From Octopus vulgaris (lineage: Eukaryota): DNA of 64,000 nt. The stretch covers positions 22,444,001 to 22,508,000 of the forward strand of contig OX597831.1 in NCBI GenBank assembly GCA_951406725.2. The letters are read 5' to 3'. The notes under the pieces were generated by a model. That model worked only from the letters and a program-made list of their open reading frames with translations, did no database searches and had not been told where the DNA came from. The first letter of the stretch is position 1. The number at the start of each line of letters is the position of its first letter. The position numbers and the translations under genes are program-made. Below are positions 12,806 to 28,278 of the stretch, piece by piece.

Positions 12806-12855
<50 letters not shown>

Positions 12856-12935
12856 CGACGACGATGACGATGATGATGACGATGATGATGACGATGATGA
12901 TGATGAAGATGATGATGATGATGATGATGATGAAG

Positions 12936-12966
<31 letters not shown>

Positions 12967-13090
12967 CGATGATGATGACGATGATGATGACGATAATGAC
13001 GATGACAATGTTGATGATGAAGACGATCATGATGATGATGATGACGATGTTGATGATGAAGACGATCATGATGATGACAATGATGATAAA

Positions 13091-13123
<33 letters not shown>

Positions 13124-13138
13124 GTTGATGAGGATGAA

Positions 13139-13178
<40 letters not shown>

Positions 13179-13301
13179 TTGTTGATGATGATGATGATGA
13201 GGATGATGATGAGGATGATGATGAGGATGATGATGATGATGACGATGATGACGATGACAATGTTGATGATGAAGACGATCATGATGATGACAATGATGAC
13301 A

Positions 13302-13333
<32 letters not shown>

Positions 13334-13345
13334 GATGGTGATGTC
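12670..13345. repeat. Long imperfect (GAT)n trinucleotide tract
   Basis: Direct observation; it explains the poly-D/M/I/S ORFs. Confidence 0.95.
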
Positions 13346-13976
13346 CTCATTTATGTCTATTCATCATTCACGGGACACAACCACCACCACGACCTCCATC
13401 ACCACCATCACCACCATCCCCATTATCATCAGTATCATCAACGTCACTTTCATAACCCTTGACATCAACAACAACAACAACAACGACGACAACAACAGCC
13501 CGAAATAATGAGGTGATCGATTGATCAGAGAGAAACACCGATCTCCCTCAAGCCAGACCCTGCTGTCATATCAAATTAACGAATAAAATTATAACTAAAA
13601 TTAAGTGACAAGTTAAACGCTATAGAAATTGAGACAGAGAAAATGGGAAGGTCGCGGCTGGAAGGCGTCGGGTCAGCCATAACACGTTAATCAATAAGCA
13701 GTTAGTTCCGTTGACGGAGTACCTAAAAAGTCATCGCGTATATCAACGGAGGACCTTTTACGTGATGTGTGCGTGCGTGCATGCGTATGACTCACAGGGC
13801 ATGTATGAATGCACGTATGTGTTTATGTGTGTGCTTACGTGTGCAAATATCTATATGTATGTGTGTGTGTGTATATGGATATTCTGGTATGTGTATGCGC
13901 GTGTCTCTGCGACAGTATGCTTGTATACATGTGTGTGAGTGCGGTACACGTGCGTTTATCAGTTTCATTGCACACA

Positions 13977-14040
<64 letters not shown>

Positions 14041-14208
14041 TATGTACGTGTGCATGCTAGCATACCTATACGCATGTATGAACGTATGATGGTATGTATG
14101 TATGGTTGCACATTTATATGTAAGTGTGGACTTACATATATGTTTCTGCATGTGTATATGTCTTTGTGACTATATGTATGTTTCTCTCTTTCTCTCACTC
14201 TCTCTCTC

Positions 14209-14247
<39 letters not shown>

Positions 14248-14271
14248 CACACATATATATATATGTATATA

Positions 14272-14343
<72 letters not shown>

Positions 14344-14639
14344 TATATATATATGTATATATCTATATATATATATATATATATGTGTGCATACATATAT
14401 TTATATATATATGTATATATATATAAATATGTATGTATGATTTCAAGTATATATGGCTCTTCATGTGTATGTTTGCGTGTATTTTGTGTGTGTGTGTGTA
14501 TGTGAATAGGTCTCTATCTTATATATGCGTGTGTTAGTTATAATAGTAATAATCATACTAACTAGCGTTACGACAATTAGTTTATTAACTTTGCCACCAG
14601 ATGTCCTCTTGCTCCGGGATATTTGTCTTAATTAAAACA

Positions 14640-15036
14640 CACTACTACTACTACTACTACTACTACTAATACCACCACCACCACCACAGCTACTACTAGA
14701 ATCGCCACCACTACTACTACTAGAACCATCAATACCACGATCAATACTATTACTATTATTAATACTACCATCTCCACCACCACAACTACTACTACTACTA
14801 CCGCCACCACCACTACTGCTACTACTAGAACCATCATCACCACCACCACCACTATAATAAAAACAACAACAACAACAACTTCTATTACTACTACTACTAC
14901 TACTACTACCACCACAATCACTACAACAACTAATACTATTACTAACACCACCACCACCACCACTACTACTACTACTCTTACTACTACAACTGCTGCTACT
15001 GCTACTGTTGATGATGATGATGATGATGATGATGAT
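14640..15036. repeat. Compound (ACT/ACC/AAC/GAT)n low-complexity tract
   Basis: Direct observation. Confidence 0.9.
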
Positions 15037-15776
15037 ATAAGATTGGGTGGTGGGGATAGGGGAGACCTTTAGAATCAACAGTAGACGTTATGATATTTAG
15101 TGGCATAAAGTGAGAATGGTAACGTCTGTAGACTATCGTTAGCTCATCATCTGAGTTCGATTCTGTTGAGGTGAGAACCCTGGTTGCGGGTTATTAAGGT
15201 GTTTTTGGTCTCTGTTGATCTGTGGGGTGGGGTCCTCCGAAGTGAGAACCGTTGAAAGCCTACGATGGTTTGTCAAGTTAAATGGCTTTGTGAGACGAGG
15301 TGTCACCCAGAAGCAATGATATTTTAATAGTGTAAACGGTTCTGAAAGGCGGACTACATACTTTCTGGTTTAAGAAGTACATATGGTACAATCTAATGTT
15401 TATTTTAGGTCATTTCATCTATAATGTTAAGCTCACGTTCCAGTAAAGAGTGAGGTATGTTTAATTCAGCACATCGATGGTTCGAATCCGCATCGCGAAT
15501 TAATTACCAGCAAATGACTTTCATTCAAAAACAGATATCATACCTAATTGATCAATTTCAGCGGTGCCATACAATTAATTGTCTACTGAAGTAGGGCTGC
15601 TGTATTTGGTTCAAAGAACAGACATGTCATGGAACGAAAGACAGTGAAGTTTATGTAAAGACAAAATCCAAGCTGTGGGAGCAAGTTTGTGTCCTAGAAA
15701 GACATCACCAAAAAATATATTGTTTTCCCTGAAATCATAAGAAAGTCGATACACTCACTCAAACTCATGTATGTAC

Positions 15777-15820
<44 letters not shown>

Positions 15821-15852
15821 TCAAAATAAGCAACAAGAATGACTCCGGTAAT

Positions 15853-15938
15853 TTGGTACGATCGTTTCGCACTACATCATTTTATTAAATGTTGTAAGTA
15901 TTACAATAGTTTTAAAATGCTGAGCACTCATCAGCCAA
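15853..15938 (-). ncRNA. Minimal type-I hammerhead ribozyme with long helix-II loop
   Basis: Minus strand: ttgg-CTGATGA-gtgct-(~50 nt)-agtgc-GAAA-cgatcg-TA-ccaa. Helix III is a perfect palindrome (CGATCG); GUA triplet. Confidence 0.75.
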
Positions 15939-16085
15939 TTATAGAGGTTTTCCATTAATACAAACATTTTTATATCAAGTGGCAACATTATAGAGAAGGT
16001 AGGTACATAGACAAAGATGTGGTTTAAGAACATTTGAGGTAGCGGAGCCCATCAATTGACTGACTAAGATTCAGTTGTTCACCGT

Positions 16086-17021
16086 AAGGTTTGTTATTAT
16101 TATTACTGTTTAACTATTGTTATCAAGTTTGTTGGTTCCTCGTCAGGGAAACGTTGTTGTGTTGCATTTGTTAAATAATTGTAAACTGTAAACCCCCCTC
16201 CCTCCCCATCTTTTGGGAAAAGGAGCTTTGGTTATTGTTTAGAAATTGAATTGTGTCCCTGTTTGGGGAAATTGACAATATTTTCACCGTTTATACGTAA
16301 GCATTTTTGTTAGAATGCCTTCCATAGAAGAAAGTACAAAAATGAATTTCGCTGCAGCCGTCGGCGGGCGCGAACACATTAAAATTAAAAGGGAAGAAAT
16401 ACAAACCTATTTCGGATTGATCACCGACAAAGACGGTGAATTTAGGATAACACCACCAAACGAAATAAAAAATTAAATTAAAGAAAAGACTATTGTCTAT
16501 AAAGTATACGATGTAGAGAACAAAAAAGATTTGAACACCTGGAGGAAAGCACCATCGAAAAGTGTCTTGGTGCAACTATAAAGGATATCTAACCAGAGGA
16601 GGTAAATTCGCCAAAATAGAAGCAAGGTTCGAGTCAACGGAGCGTGAAAAGGAGTACTCGACTCGAACCTTGCAAAGTGGAAATATTTTAATTTTACCTT
16701 TATATCTGGGACGTAGGACGTCCCGGATAAAAATTTTAAATGTCCTCCCAGAAGTAGAGGTAGGCTGGATTGTAGCCAAACTTCTATACAAGAGGGAGGA
16801 CAAGATCCAATTGATCGAAATTGCAAGAGACGGGCCTACAATTCCAGTCTGTTATATAATTTGAATATTGTTATCACTAGCGATATTAAGATATAACTTT
16901 GTATTTTGTATTTTATCTGTAGATGTATATATATAGATGTACATGTAATATGTACACATATATATACACATATATACATGCACTAGCACTATGACCCGGC
17001 AACGACGGGTCATAATGCTAG
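16086..17021 (+). mobile_element. Non-autonomous Helitron-like element, copy 1 (3' part), with captured ORF fragment
   Basis: Ends in hairpin ATGACCCG-GCAACGA-CGGGTCAT followed by CTAG|T; homologous to 20605-21675(-) and 42651-43284(+). Confidence 0.75.
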
Positions 17022-17027
17022 TATATG

Positions 17028-17063
<36 letters not shown>

Positions 17064-17171
17064 CGATCTATAATTGAGCTCTTAATTACCGTGGATATAT
17101 ATTCTTTTGATGTTTTATTTATAATCACTTTTCATATGGACGTATATGTTGTGTGTGTATATTTATATATG

Positions 17172-17253
<82 letters not shown>

Positions 17254-17275
17254 CATATACACACATACATAATAC

Positions 17276-17324
<49 letters not shown>

Positions 17325-17483
17325 ATACCTATTAAATGACCTATTATTGATCTCTTAATTACCGCATATGTTTATTTTTCGTTCCATCATAATATATATA
17401 TAAGGTATGCATATACATACATATATACGCACACACATATATATATGTATATATATATATATACATACATATATACATACATA

Positions 17484-17566
<83 letters not shown>

Positions 17567-17573
17567 ATATATA

Positions 17574-20345
17574 CTACCAGAGATACCCGGCGTTGCCCGG
17601 TTACCTCAATTGAAGAATTAGACTTTTCTGTTATATATATATATGGACACACACACACGCACACACACACATATATGTATATTAATATAAATACATGAAA
17701 GTACATGAAGTTTGTTAAAAAAAGGGGATCATGTATATACCTCCTGGCTGTTGAGATCTTAACACCTCGTCGTAAACAATGTTCCTTGTTTTTCCTTGTG
17801 GAGCATATACAAAAAGGTTTCTTTAGGTTCCTACTCTTGAGCAGCCAACATACAGTTGCCCATTCGAGAAGCAGGGCTTTTCCAAGAGAAGACCAGCTAC
17901 AGATAGGGTTTGACCCTGAGATTTGTTAATGGACATGTCAAAGCTGACACGAAGGGGAAATTGCAGTCTTCTGAATGTAAATGGAATTTCTGCTCCCGAT
18001 GGAGTAAGAGGAATTCTTGGAATAAAGACGTCATCACCTTTTCCACATCCAGAAAGAATGATCGCCTCGATAACGTGTGACATCATTTTCTTTACCACCA
18101 GTCGTGTTCCATTGCAAAGTCTTGGTGGTTCCAGATTGCGGAGTAGCATTACAGGAGTTCCAACTTTAAGTGCTAATATGTGTGGAGGTAGTGCAGGAGG
18201 CTCCAGTGAAATGATCAATTCAGGAGGATAGTTCACAACTTCATTTATATCTGGAATTGTATCAACAGACTTGTAAGTGTGTATAGTGCCAGGAAGCGAA
18301 TGCATTAGCTGTTGATTAATTTTGTTAACAGCGATGTTTTTTGGAGCTAATATTGCTCTTTTACACAGCCAATTGTGATTTTGGGAGTTTTGTGTGAAGT
18401 TGGGAAAGACTTTGTTTTTGAGGTTATCTACAGAATTAACAACAGAGGAAAATGACCACACTTCCATTTGTCCTGCAGCATCGAGAGGCATCTTGCCTTC
18501 ACCGAGTGTCAAAATGTCCTGTGTAAACTTTGTGGACATTTTGTCGCCGTGTAGCTGAGCTCTCATGTTAGTGGTGAGACTGAGGGTTGTAACATGATGC
18601 CACAGGGTAGAGGACTTTAGGCATGCTTGGACTTCATCTGCTCTAGTGCCTTTCGGAATGACAGGAAGAGTTTGCTTGAAATCATCTGACAACAGAAGCG
18701 TTACACCTCCCATTGGAGCCTGACAGTCTCGGATGTCTTTCAGGGCTCTATCTAATGATTCCAAAGCTCCCTTGTGAGCCATAGTGCACTCATCCCAGAC
18801 AATTAGATGACACATTTTAAGTACTTGTCCCTGATCTGAGCTTTTGTTGATGTTGCATGAAGGCATTTCGGATGCTGCTAAATTGAAAGGGAGTTTAAAA
18901 GTTGAGTGTGCTGTCCTGCCACCGGTAACAATGTAGCTGCAATGCCAGAGGAGGCTACAGGTACTGCAATGTCCTGATGCTGCCTAACTTCTGCAAGGAG
19001 AAGCTTTGTAATAAATGTTTTTCCTGTCCCTCCAGGAGCATCGAGGAAGAAGATTCGTCCCTCGCGTTGGCATACACTGTTAAGAATAGTTATGTAGGCC
19101 TGCAGCTGGTCCGGAAGTAATGTAGGCACATTTTCAACAATGTAGTTTGAAAGCGCTTGAGTGTCGTAGGTTGTTTCACGAATGACAACAGTGGGAAGGC
19201 TATTTGACCCTGACCTATATGCTTGCGGTACGCCATACGTCGACAATTCATTTCCACCGAGTTTAGCAATTCTGTCTTCAATGTCAATGAGTGTTTTGTT
19301 ATAGATTTCATTGCTGATACTCTCCATGTCAGGATAGAGCAGTTGAGCTTGGCGCTGAAAGTCTTCAGCGAGGTTGTCTCTATATTTGAGCCATAGAGTG
19401 GCCGGATCACACAGTTTGCATGCTTGTAGTAATACTGCAAATAGTACCCTGAGATTTTTAGGTGATTGTGATAAAGCAGCCTATCCTAAAGTTGCATCCC
19501 ATTGTGCACCATCTTCTAACACACCCTGTCGATAGCAGGCTTCACTGTATGTTGTGCAGACATGTCCATGAACGGTTTTTAGGGCCTGGAAAGACGTTGG
19601 CCCTCTGACCTCATGCAGTAGTAGACGAAGGTAGAAGCACTCTTGTTGAGTGGGATGCACTGTGTATACTCGCCTAAGGCAAGTTTGAAACTTCATGCCA
19701 GGGTATCGATGAACATTTTGACCTGCTTTCCGTGGGGCCCATTTTTTTCCATTCCAATCTGTGGATACAGCAAGGTTTGAGCGAATGGATCCACTTGACA
19801 AAGCTTGAAGAATGCAGTGAGTGTGCTATCCCTTGGTTCCTATGCATCGGTGAAGTACATTCTTTGACCATTTTCTAGGTGCACTGCAAGCTGTTGAATG
19901 GCGGGGTGTTGTTGGTGAATTGGAAAGCCAAAGATGCGCCAGAAAGCGTCGTTGCTACTTATGTACCGTCCCACCTAATAATGCGTCAGTTCATCCTGGC
20001 AGTATTCTTGTTGAAGTCCAAACATTGCAGCGTCAGAACCCTTGTTTATATATTTGCAAACGTATTTGATGGATTTTACGGAGTTGCAAAACACAACGTT
20101 GATGTGGGCATTGAAAGTCTTTGACAGGAGTGGGCAGTATGGAACACTCCATCTATTATCAATAGATATGAGCATGTGGAAGGCCCCTTTTTTGCGACTC
20201 GATTGTGTACATGTCACATTGTATGGGCCCAAAGACTTGCCCTTTTTTGTATGAGCTCCATGAGAGAGATTAACTTCAGATGGAAAACTCGGGCGTTGAG
20301 ATTCCGGTTCGAATGTAAGGCAGGGTTGAAAGTGTTCCCACTTTA
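17574..20345 (-). mobile_element. Decayed Helitron Rep/Pif1-like helicase (frameshifted) with 3' terminus
   Basis: Rep motifs YTIE.QKRGLPHAH and IKYVCKYINKG; helicase motifs FLDAPGGTGKTF, VASSGIAATLL, IVWDECTM, LCNGTRL, QFPLR…[19 protein letters not shown]. 3' end CCGGGCAACGCCGGG…GTAG|T at 17574. Confidence 0.95.
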
Positions 20346-20399
20346 TTAGTTGTAGTGGTAGAGTGTTTATGCTGAATATGTACGTATGCAAGTATATAT

Positions 20400-20556
20400 A
20401 TGTATGTATGCCTGTATATATGTACAAAATCCACTGAGAAGGCTTTTGTTGGTCTGAGGCTACAGCAGAAGACACATGCCAAGTCACCACACAGTGAGAC
20501 TGAACCCAGGACCGTGTGTTTGGAACGTAGTTTGTTACCACACAGCCACACCTGCC
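20400..20556 (-). mobile_element. Degenerate SINE family A head
   Basis: Minus strand GGCAGGTGTGGCTGTGTGGTAAC…GGGTTCAGTCTCACTGTGTGG. Confidence 0.7.
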
Positions 20557-20604
20557 ACTATGTATGTGTGTGTGTGTGCGTATGTGTGTATGGGTAGATA
20601 TATT

Positions 20605-21664
20605 ATGCATGTATATATATGTATATATATATGTGTACATATTACATGTATATATATGTATATATATATGTGTACATATTACATGTATATATATGTATAT
20701 ATATATGTGTACATATTACATGTTCATCTATATATATACATCTACACATAAAATACAAAATAGAAAGTTATATCTTGATATCGCTAGTGATAACAATACT
20801 CAAAATATATAACAGACTGGAATTGTAGGCCCGTCTCTTGCAATTTCGATCAATTGGATCTTGTCCTCACTCTTGTATAGAAGTGTACGGCTGCAGCGAA
20901 ATTCATTTTTGGACTTTCTTCTATCGAAGGCATTTTAACAAATATGCTTCCGTAAAGACGGTGAAAATATTGTCAACTTGCCCAAACAGGGACACAATTC
21001 AATTTTTAAACAATAACCAAAACTCCTTCTCCGAAAGGGGGAGGGTAACGGTTTACAATTATTTAACAAACGCAACACAACAACGTTTCCCTGACGAGGA
21101 ACCAACAAACGTAATTACAATAGTCAAACAGTGATAATAATAACAACAAACCTTTTTAATCTATCCCATTTATGTGAAACCACTTATTCAAGTTCAAGTC
21201 ATTGATGCAGTTTTATACGAATTGCTAATACACATACACACACACATAATATGGGTGAAAAATTGAATATTAATTTGATTTAATATGAATTGATAACCAG
21301 TGGTGTAGCATATAAGACCAAAGCGGATCTTCTTCTAGCAAAATGGATGACCATTGTTTATGGTTCATCCCTGTTATATAATACTTTCATTTTAATAGTT
21401 TCAGTATTAATGTGAAAGTGTCTGCATTACAAAAGAGAGATGTTTTTGTTTCACTTTTAACACGTAATACTGAAATAGTGGAGAAGATATGATATTGCTG
21501 TGGGGTCGCCCTAGGGGAAAAGTTAAGATTTTTTGCCGATGACACTCTCCTGACCTTAAGTAAGGCATATGTAAAATTTGAATGAAATTGGTTGTGTAGT
21601 TCTCAAGTTTTAGGGAAACACAGAGACAGACAGACAGACACACACACACACATACACATTCTCA

Positions 21665-21675
<11 letters not shown>
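20605..21675 (-). mobile_element. Non-autonomous Helitron-like element, copy 2 (internal deletion; CTAG end lost)
   Basis: 5' part TATATAAAACTGAGAATGTG…CCCTAAAACTTGAGAACTACAC matches 42651; distal part matches 16086-16360 and 16780-16980. Confidence 0.75.
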
Positions 21676-21723
<48 letters not shown>

Positions 21724-21784
21724 GAGTGTATTTTACCTTGTTAACAATTAACACGGAATATATATATATATATATATATACACT

Positions 21785-22130
21785 TATCACATGGTTTCGG
21801 GTTCAGTCCCTGTGCGTGACACATTGGGCAAATATTTTCTACTCGGGCCGACAAAGCCTTGTGGGTGGATTCGGTAGACGGAAGCTGAAAGAAGCCCTTC
21901 GCATATATATATATATATGTTCTTGCGAGCGTGTATGTCTGTGTGTGTGAGTTTGTGTGTCTGTGTTTGTCCCCGCCATCGCTTTGACAACCGATGTTGG
22001 TGTGTTTACGTCGCCGTATCTTAGAAGTTCGACAAAAGAGCCCGATAAAATAAGTTGTAGGCTTACAAAGAATAAGTCATGGAGTCAGTTTGTGCGGCTA
22101 AACGAGGTGCTGACTGAAAGAGATAAATGA
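21785..22130 (+). mobile_element. SINE family A, 5'-truncated and diverged
   Basis: CACATGGTTTCGGGTTCAGTCCC…GTGTTTGTCCCC…TTGACAACCGATG. Confidence 0.8.
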
Positions 22131-22339
22131 AAGAATATATGCATCTATATATATCTATATTGTTTGTTGTTGTTATTGTCACGGATGGCATTATTGGTCT
22201 CGTTGTTAGATGGACCAAAACAATTATTGAAAGTGTTTCAGCCGTGACCATCCCGGTCTTCTTCGCATATCTCGAAGTAGAGTGTTATGTCGTATTGCTT
22301 TTTGAAGTCAAGAGCTTATAATTTGTGACATAACAAAAA

Positions 22340-25040
<2,701 letters not shown>

Positions 25041-25340
25041 TGTGGTATGATAGTGCACTTGTAAATGCAGTATCTGCTGCCACTGCTGTTCCGCTTTTAG
25101 TCGTGGTAGTTGTCTATTTTTGGTCATTTCTAGTTTTCTATTAACACTGAGTAGACAGGCCAAAGAAGCAATTTCCATGTACTCACTCACTGCCCAGAAA
25201 GAGCAGCCCCCATTCCTTAAAACACCCAAGTGTTTTACAAAAACATTGGGTTGGGTAAATAGGTCCTGTATTCCACTTACATAAGATAAAGATGGTATAA
25301 TTTTGGGTTGAATTCTTTTGGTTGAAAGCTCTACCTTGGG

Positions 25341-25892
25341 TTAACTCTTTAGCATTTAAATGGCCATGTGGAGGCACATGGCCTAGTGGTTAGAGCAGCG
25401 GACTCGCGGTCGAGGGATCGCGAGTTCGAATCTCAGACCGAACGATGTGTGTGTTTATGAGCGAAACACCTAAATTCCACGCGGCTCCGGCAGAAGGTAA
25501 TGGCGAACTTCTGCTGACTCCTTCGCCACAACTTTCTCTCACTCTTTCCTCCTGCATCTTGCAGCTCACCTGCGACGGACCGGCGTCTCGTGCAGGTGGG
25601 GAAACTATACGCCAAGGAAACCGGGAAATCGGCCCTTGTGAGCCAGGAATGGCTCGAGAAGGAAGGAATAAAGCAAACATTTAAAGGGCCAAATTCCAAC
25701 CACATATACTACTCATTTCATATGGAAACTGACAATATCTGGCTTCTCACACATACCCTAAAATGTTATTGCGAAAACATATAATCAAATCATTGAAACC
25801 GAAAAGCTATGAGATTAAGCAGGATTAGTTCACAATCATGTGAATAAAGGATCATTACATTTGACAGAGTAATCTGAACACTAAAGGGTTAA
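25341..25892. mobile_element. piggyBac-type MITE (TTAA TSD) interrupted by a SINE
   Basis: TTAA-CTCTTTAGCATT … AACACTAAAGGG-TTAA: imperfect terminal inverted repeats (TIRs) flanked by TTAA. Confidence 0.65.
25370..25675 (+). mobile_element. SINE family C with 14-bp TSD
   Basis: tRNA-like head GGAGGCACATGGCCTAGTGGTTAGAGCAGCGGACTCGCG…GAGTTCGAATCTC; flanked by CATTTAAA(T/G)GGCCA. Confidence 0.9.
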
Positions 25893-25989
25893 AAAATAAC
25901 AATGGTCATTAAAAGAACTAACAAAGAAAGAATGCCGGATTTTAGAGTAAACAGCCCAGGCTGTAGAACTATACTAGAAATAGTAATAT

Positions 25990-26200
25990 TGGATTTAAAG
26001 TTTCGCACCATGCAAGGAATTTTGGAGAAGGGATAAGTCCATTACATCGACCCCAGTATTCAAACGGTATTTATTTTAACGACCCCAAAAGAATGAAAAG
26101 CAAAGCTGACCTTGACGGAGGTTGATCTCAGAACGTAAATACGGATAAAATGCCGCCAGGCACTTTCTTCAGCGTGCTAACGACTCTCTTATATCGCCGC
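25990..26200 (-). mobile_element. Degenerate SINE family B
   Basis: ATTACATCGACCCCAGT…GACCCCAAAAGAATGAAAAGCAAAG…GCGTGCTAACGA. Confidence 0.7.
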
Positions 26201-26514
26201 TTTATTAAACACAGTAATATTAGATATTTGACCATTATATCTTACAATAAGGGTTTTTCAGAGGTCTGTCTATTATAGATCTCTACGAGACACTTGACCA
26301 GTAAGAGTTTATCGTAGTCCAGTCTCTTGAGTCATACTGGACACGGTAATATCACATCTTACGGTGAGAGTTTATCACGGCCCAGTCGCTAGAAATATAC
26401 TCGGCCAAATATACGAACGCGTATCTATATAATGGTTATATACGCATATACTAAAAGAAAAAAATTATAAGAATGAAGTATAGAGGTATAGGTATTTAAA
26501 CATATATATATAAT

Positions 26515-26850
26515 ATTAAATTAGAGATAAAACCACTATTAGGCAAAAATAAATAAATAAATATATATATATATATTTAAAATTTATAAGTTTAAATTAT
26601 TAATTTAAATAATTTTTTAAATCTTAACTTTAATTTAAATATTTTAATTTGGAATTTTATATTTTATATTTTTTATATATTTTATTAATTAATTTTATTT
26701 CTATGTATTGGCTTATGATTTTCATTGTTTGATTTGCCTAATAGTGGTTTTATCTCTAATTTAATATAATATATATATATTTATACTATAAAATTAGATT
26801 TAATCCTAAATCTAATTTTTCCCTGTAAGTTTGGTTTTACTCCCTAATAT
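26515..26850. mobile_element. Fold-back AT-rich unit, likely a PLE terminal-repeat fragment
   Basis: ATATTAAATTAGAGATAAAACCACTATTAGGCAAA (~26513-26547) is inverted at ~26733-26767; ends are homologous to the hammerhead-bearing unit at 7015-7230. Confidence 0.55.
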
Positions 26851-26866
26851 TATTATTATTATTATA

Positions 26867-26902
<36 letters not shown>

Positions 26903-26933
26903 TGTATGTATGTATGTATGTATGTATAATTGC

Positions 26934-27386
26934 TATGGCCAGTAAGAGAGTGACCATTTTTTCGCACCTATAAAGCGGTTAATCGTATAGGTGATTCGCC
27001 AGATTCAAATGGCCAAAGGTACATAACCTCTCTACAACGGGAGAGAGAAAGACGTCAAGCTCATTTAGTTTTGTAAATAAAAACTATAATGCATCCGAAA
27101 TGAACGTGTAAAAGTTGTTACAGGCGGGACAGGGTTATATCCATTACATCAGTTCCGGGTGTGTTGATATTCGAAGATGCTGCTGCGGTTCTATTCAACG
27201 AATGGGAAATTCCAAGCTTGTAGCTGGAAACCTCTTAGACAACGGCATTGACTAAATATGTCTTTTGCTCTTTCACTTCTAAGGAATGTTTACAACGGTT
27301 GCTCCAGTTTGTATAAGTCTCCGGTTATTCCAGGAGCGAAGCGCTCTATAGGTGCGTAGCCAAAGGTCACTCTCTGACCTGGCATA
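26934..27386. mobile_element. MITE-like element with ~45-bp imperfect TIRs
   Basis: Left end TATGGCCAGTAAGAGAGTGACCATTTTTTCGCACCTATAAAGCG; reverse complement of right end TATGCCAGGTCAGAGAGTGACCTTTGGCTACGCACCTATAGAGCG. Confidence 0.7.
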
Positions 27387-27513
27387 AAATTTAAAGCTTA
27401 ACAATATATCACTGTTCCTACGTTTTAGAGTGTGCCACTTTTTCCGCCATATGAACTACTGACGAATCGATACACATATAAATATATGTGTGTGCGTATA
27501 TGTCTCTCTCCCC

Positions 27514-27566
<53 letters not shown>

Positions 27567-28078
27567 TATATAAATAAGAAAAATAACCACTTTTTATCAA
27601 TTCAATAATGAAAACTAAAATTATGCCATTTAGAAAAATTACATATATATAGAAAGATTAAATATATGATAAAACATTAAATTGATAAAAGGTGGGTTTT
27701 TTTCTAATTTATATATATATATATATATTATATTTTGTGAAATTTGATTTAGTATTTCTAAATTGAATTTTTCCATGTAAGTTTGGAATAATATTACCTC
27801 ATATTATTATTGTATATATACATAGTATATATATACATAGTATATATATACATAATATATATATACATATATATATATCGTTTTGGGATTTGGTTTGCAA
27901 GATTCTTTTTGAGAGTTCGTGTGTTGAAGCATATTCTGTTGTGTCTGGGGAGAATCATTTTCTTTTTGTGCCTTATAATTTTACCGGTGAGTGTGTTAAA
28001 TCATAAGGTAAAAAAAAGAAAATGACTCACCCCAGACACAACAGCATATATAAATCTATATATATATAAATCTATCTA

Positions 28079-28117
<39 letters not shown>

Positions 28118-28228
28118 GTAAAGAGTGAAAAAACTACAGAAGGCTTGTTTTAAAAGGTTAAAAAATATATATTTGAGTCAATATGTCTGAAGAATATTAT
28201 AAATTTTTTTCTTTCATAAACCAACTTT

Positions 28229-28278
<50 letters not shown>

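Noticed and set aside
12617-13508. Poly-Asp/Met/Ile/Ser ORFs as an acidic biomineral-type protein
   Set aside because: Open in several frames on both strands because of (GAT)n; no signal peptide or splice evidence.
17823-18866. Host PIF1 helicase gene
   Set aside because: Intronless, frameshifted, fused to Helitron Rep motifs and followed by a Helitron 3' end.
25370-25442. Functional tRNA genes at SINE heads (also 49415, 57184, 40848, 58002)
   Set aside because: A/B boxes are present but acceptor stems do not close, and most heads continue into SINE bodies.
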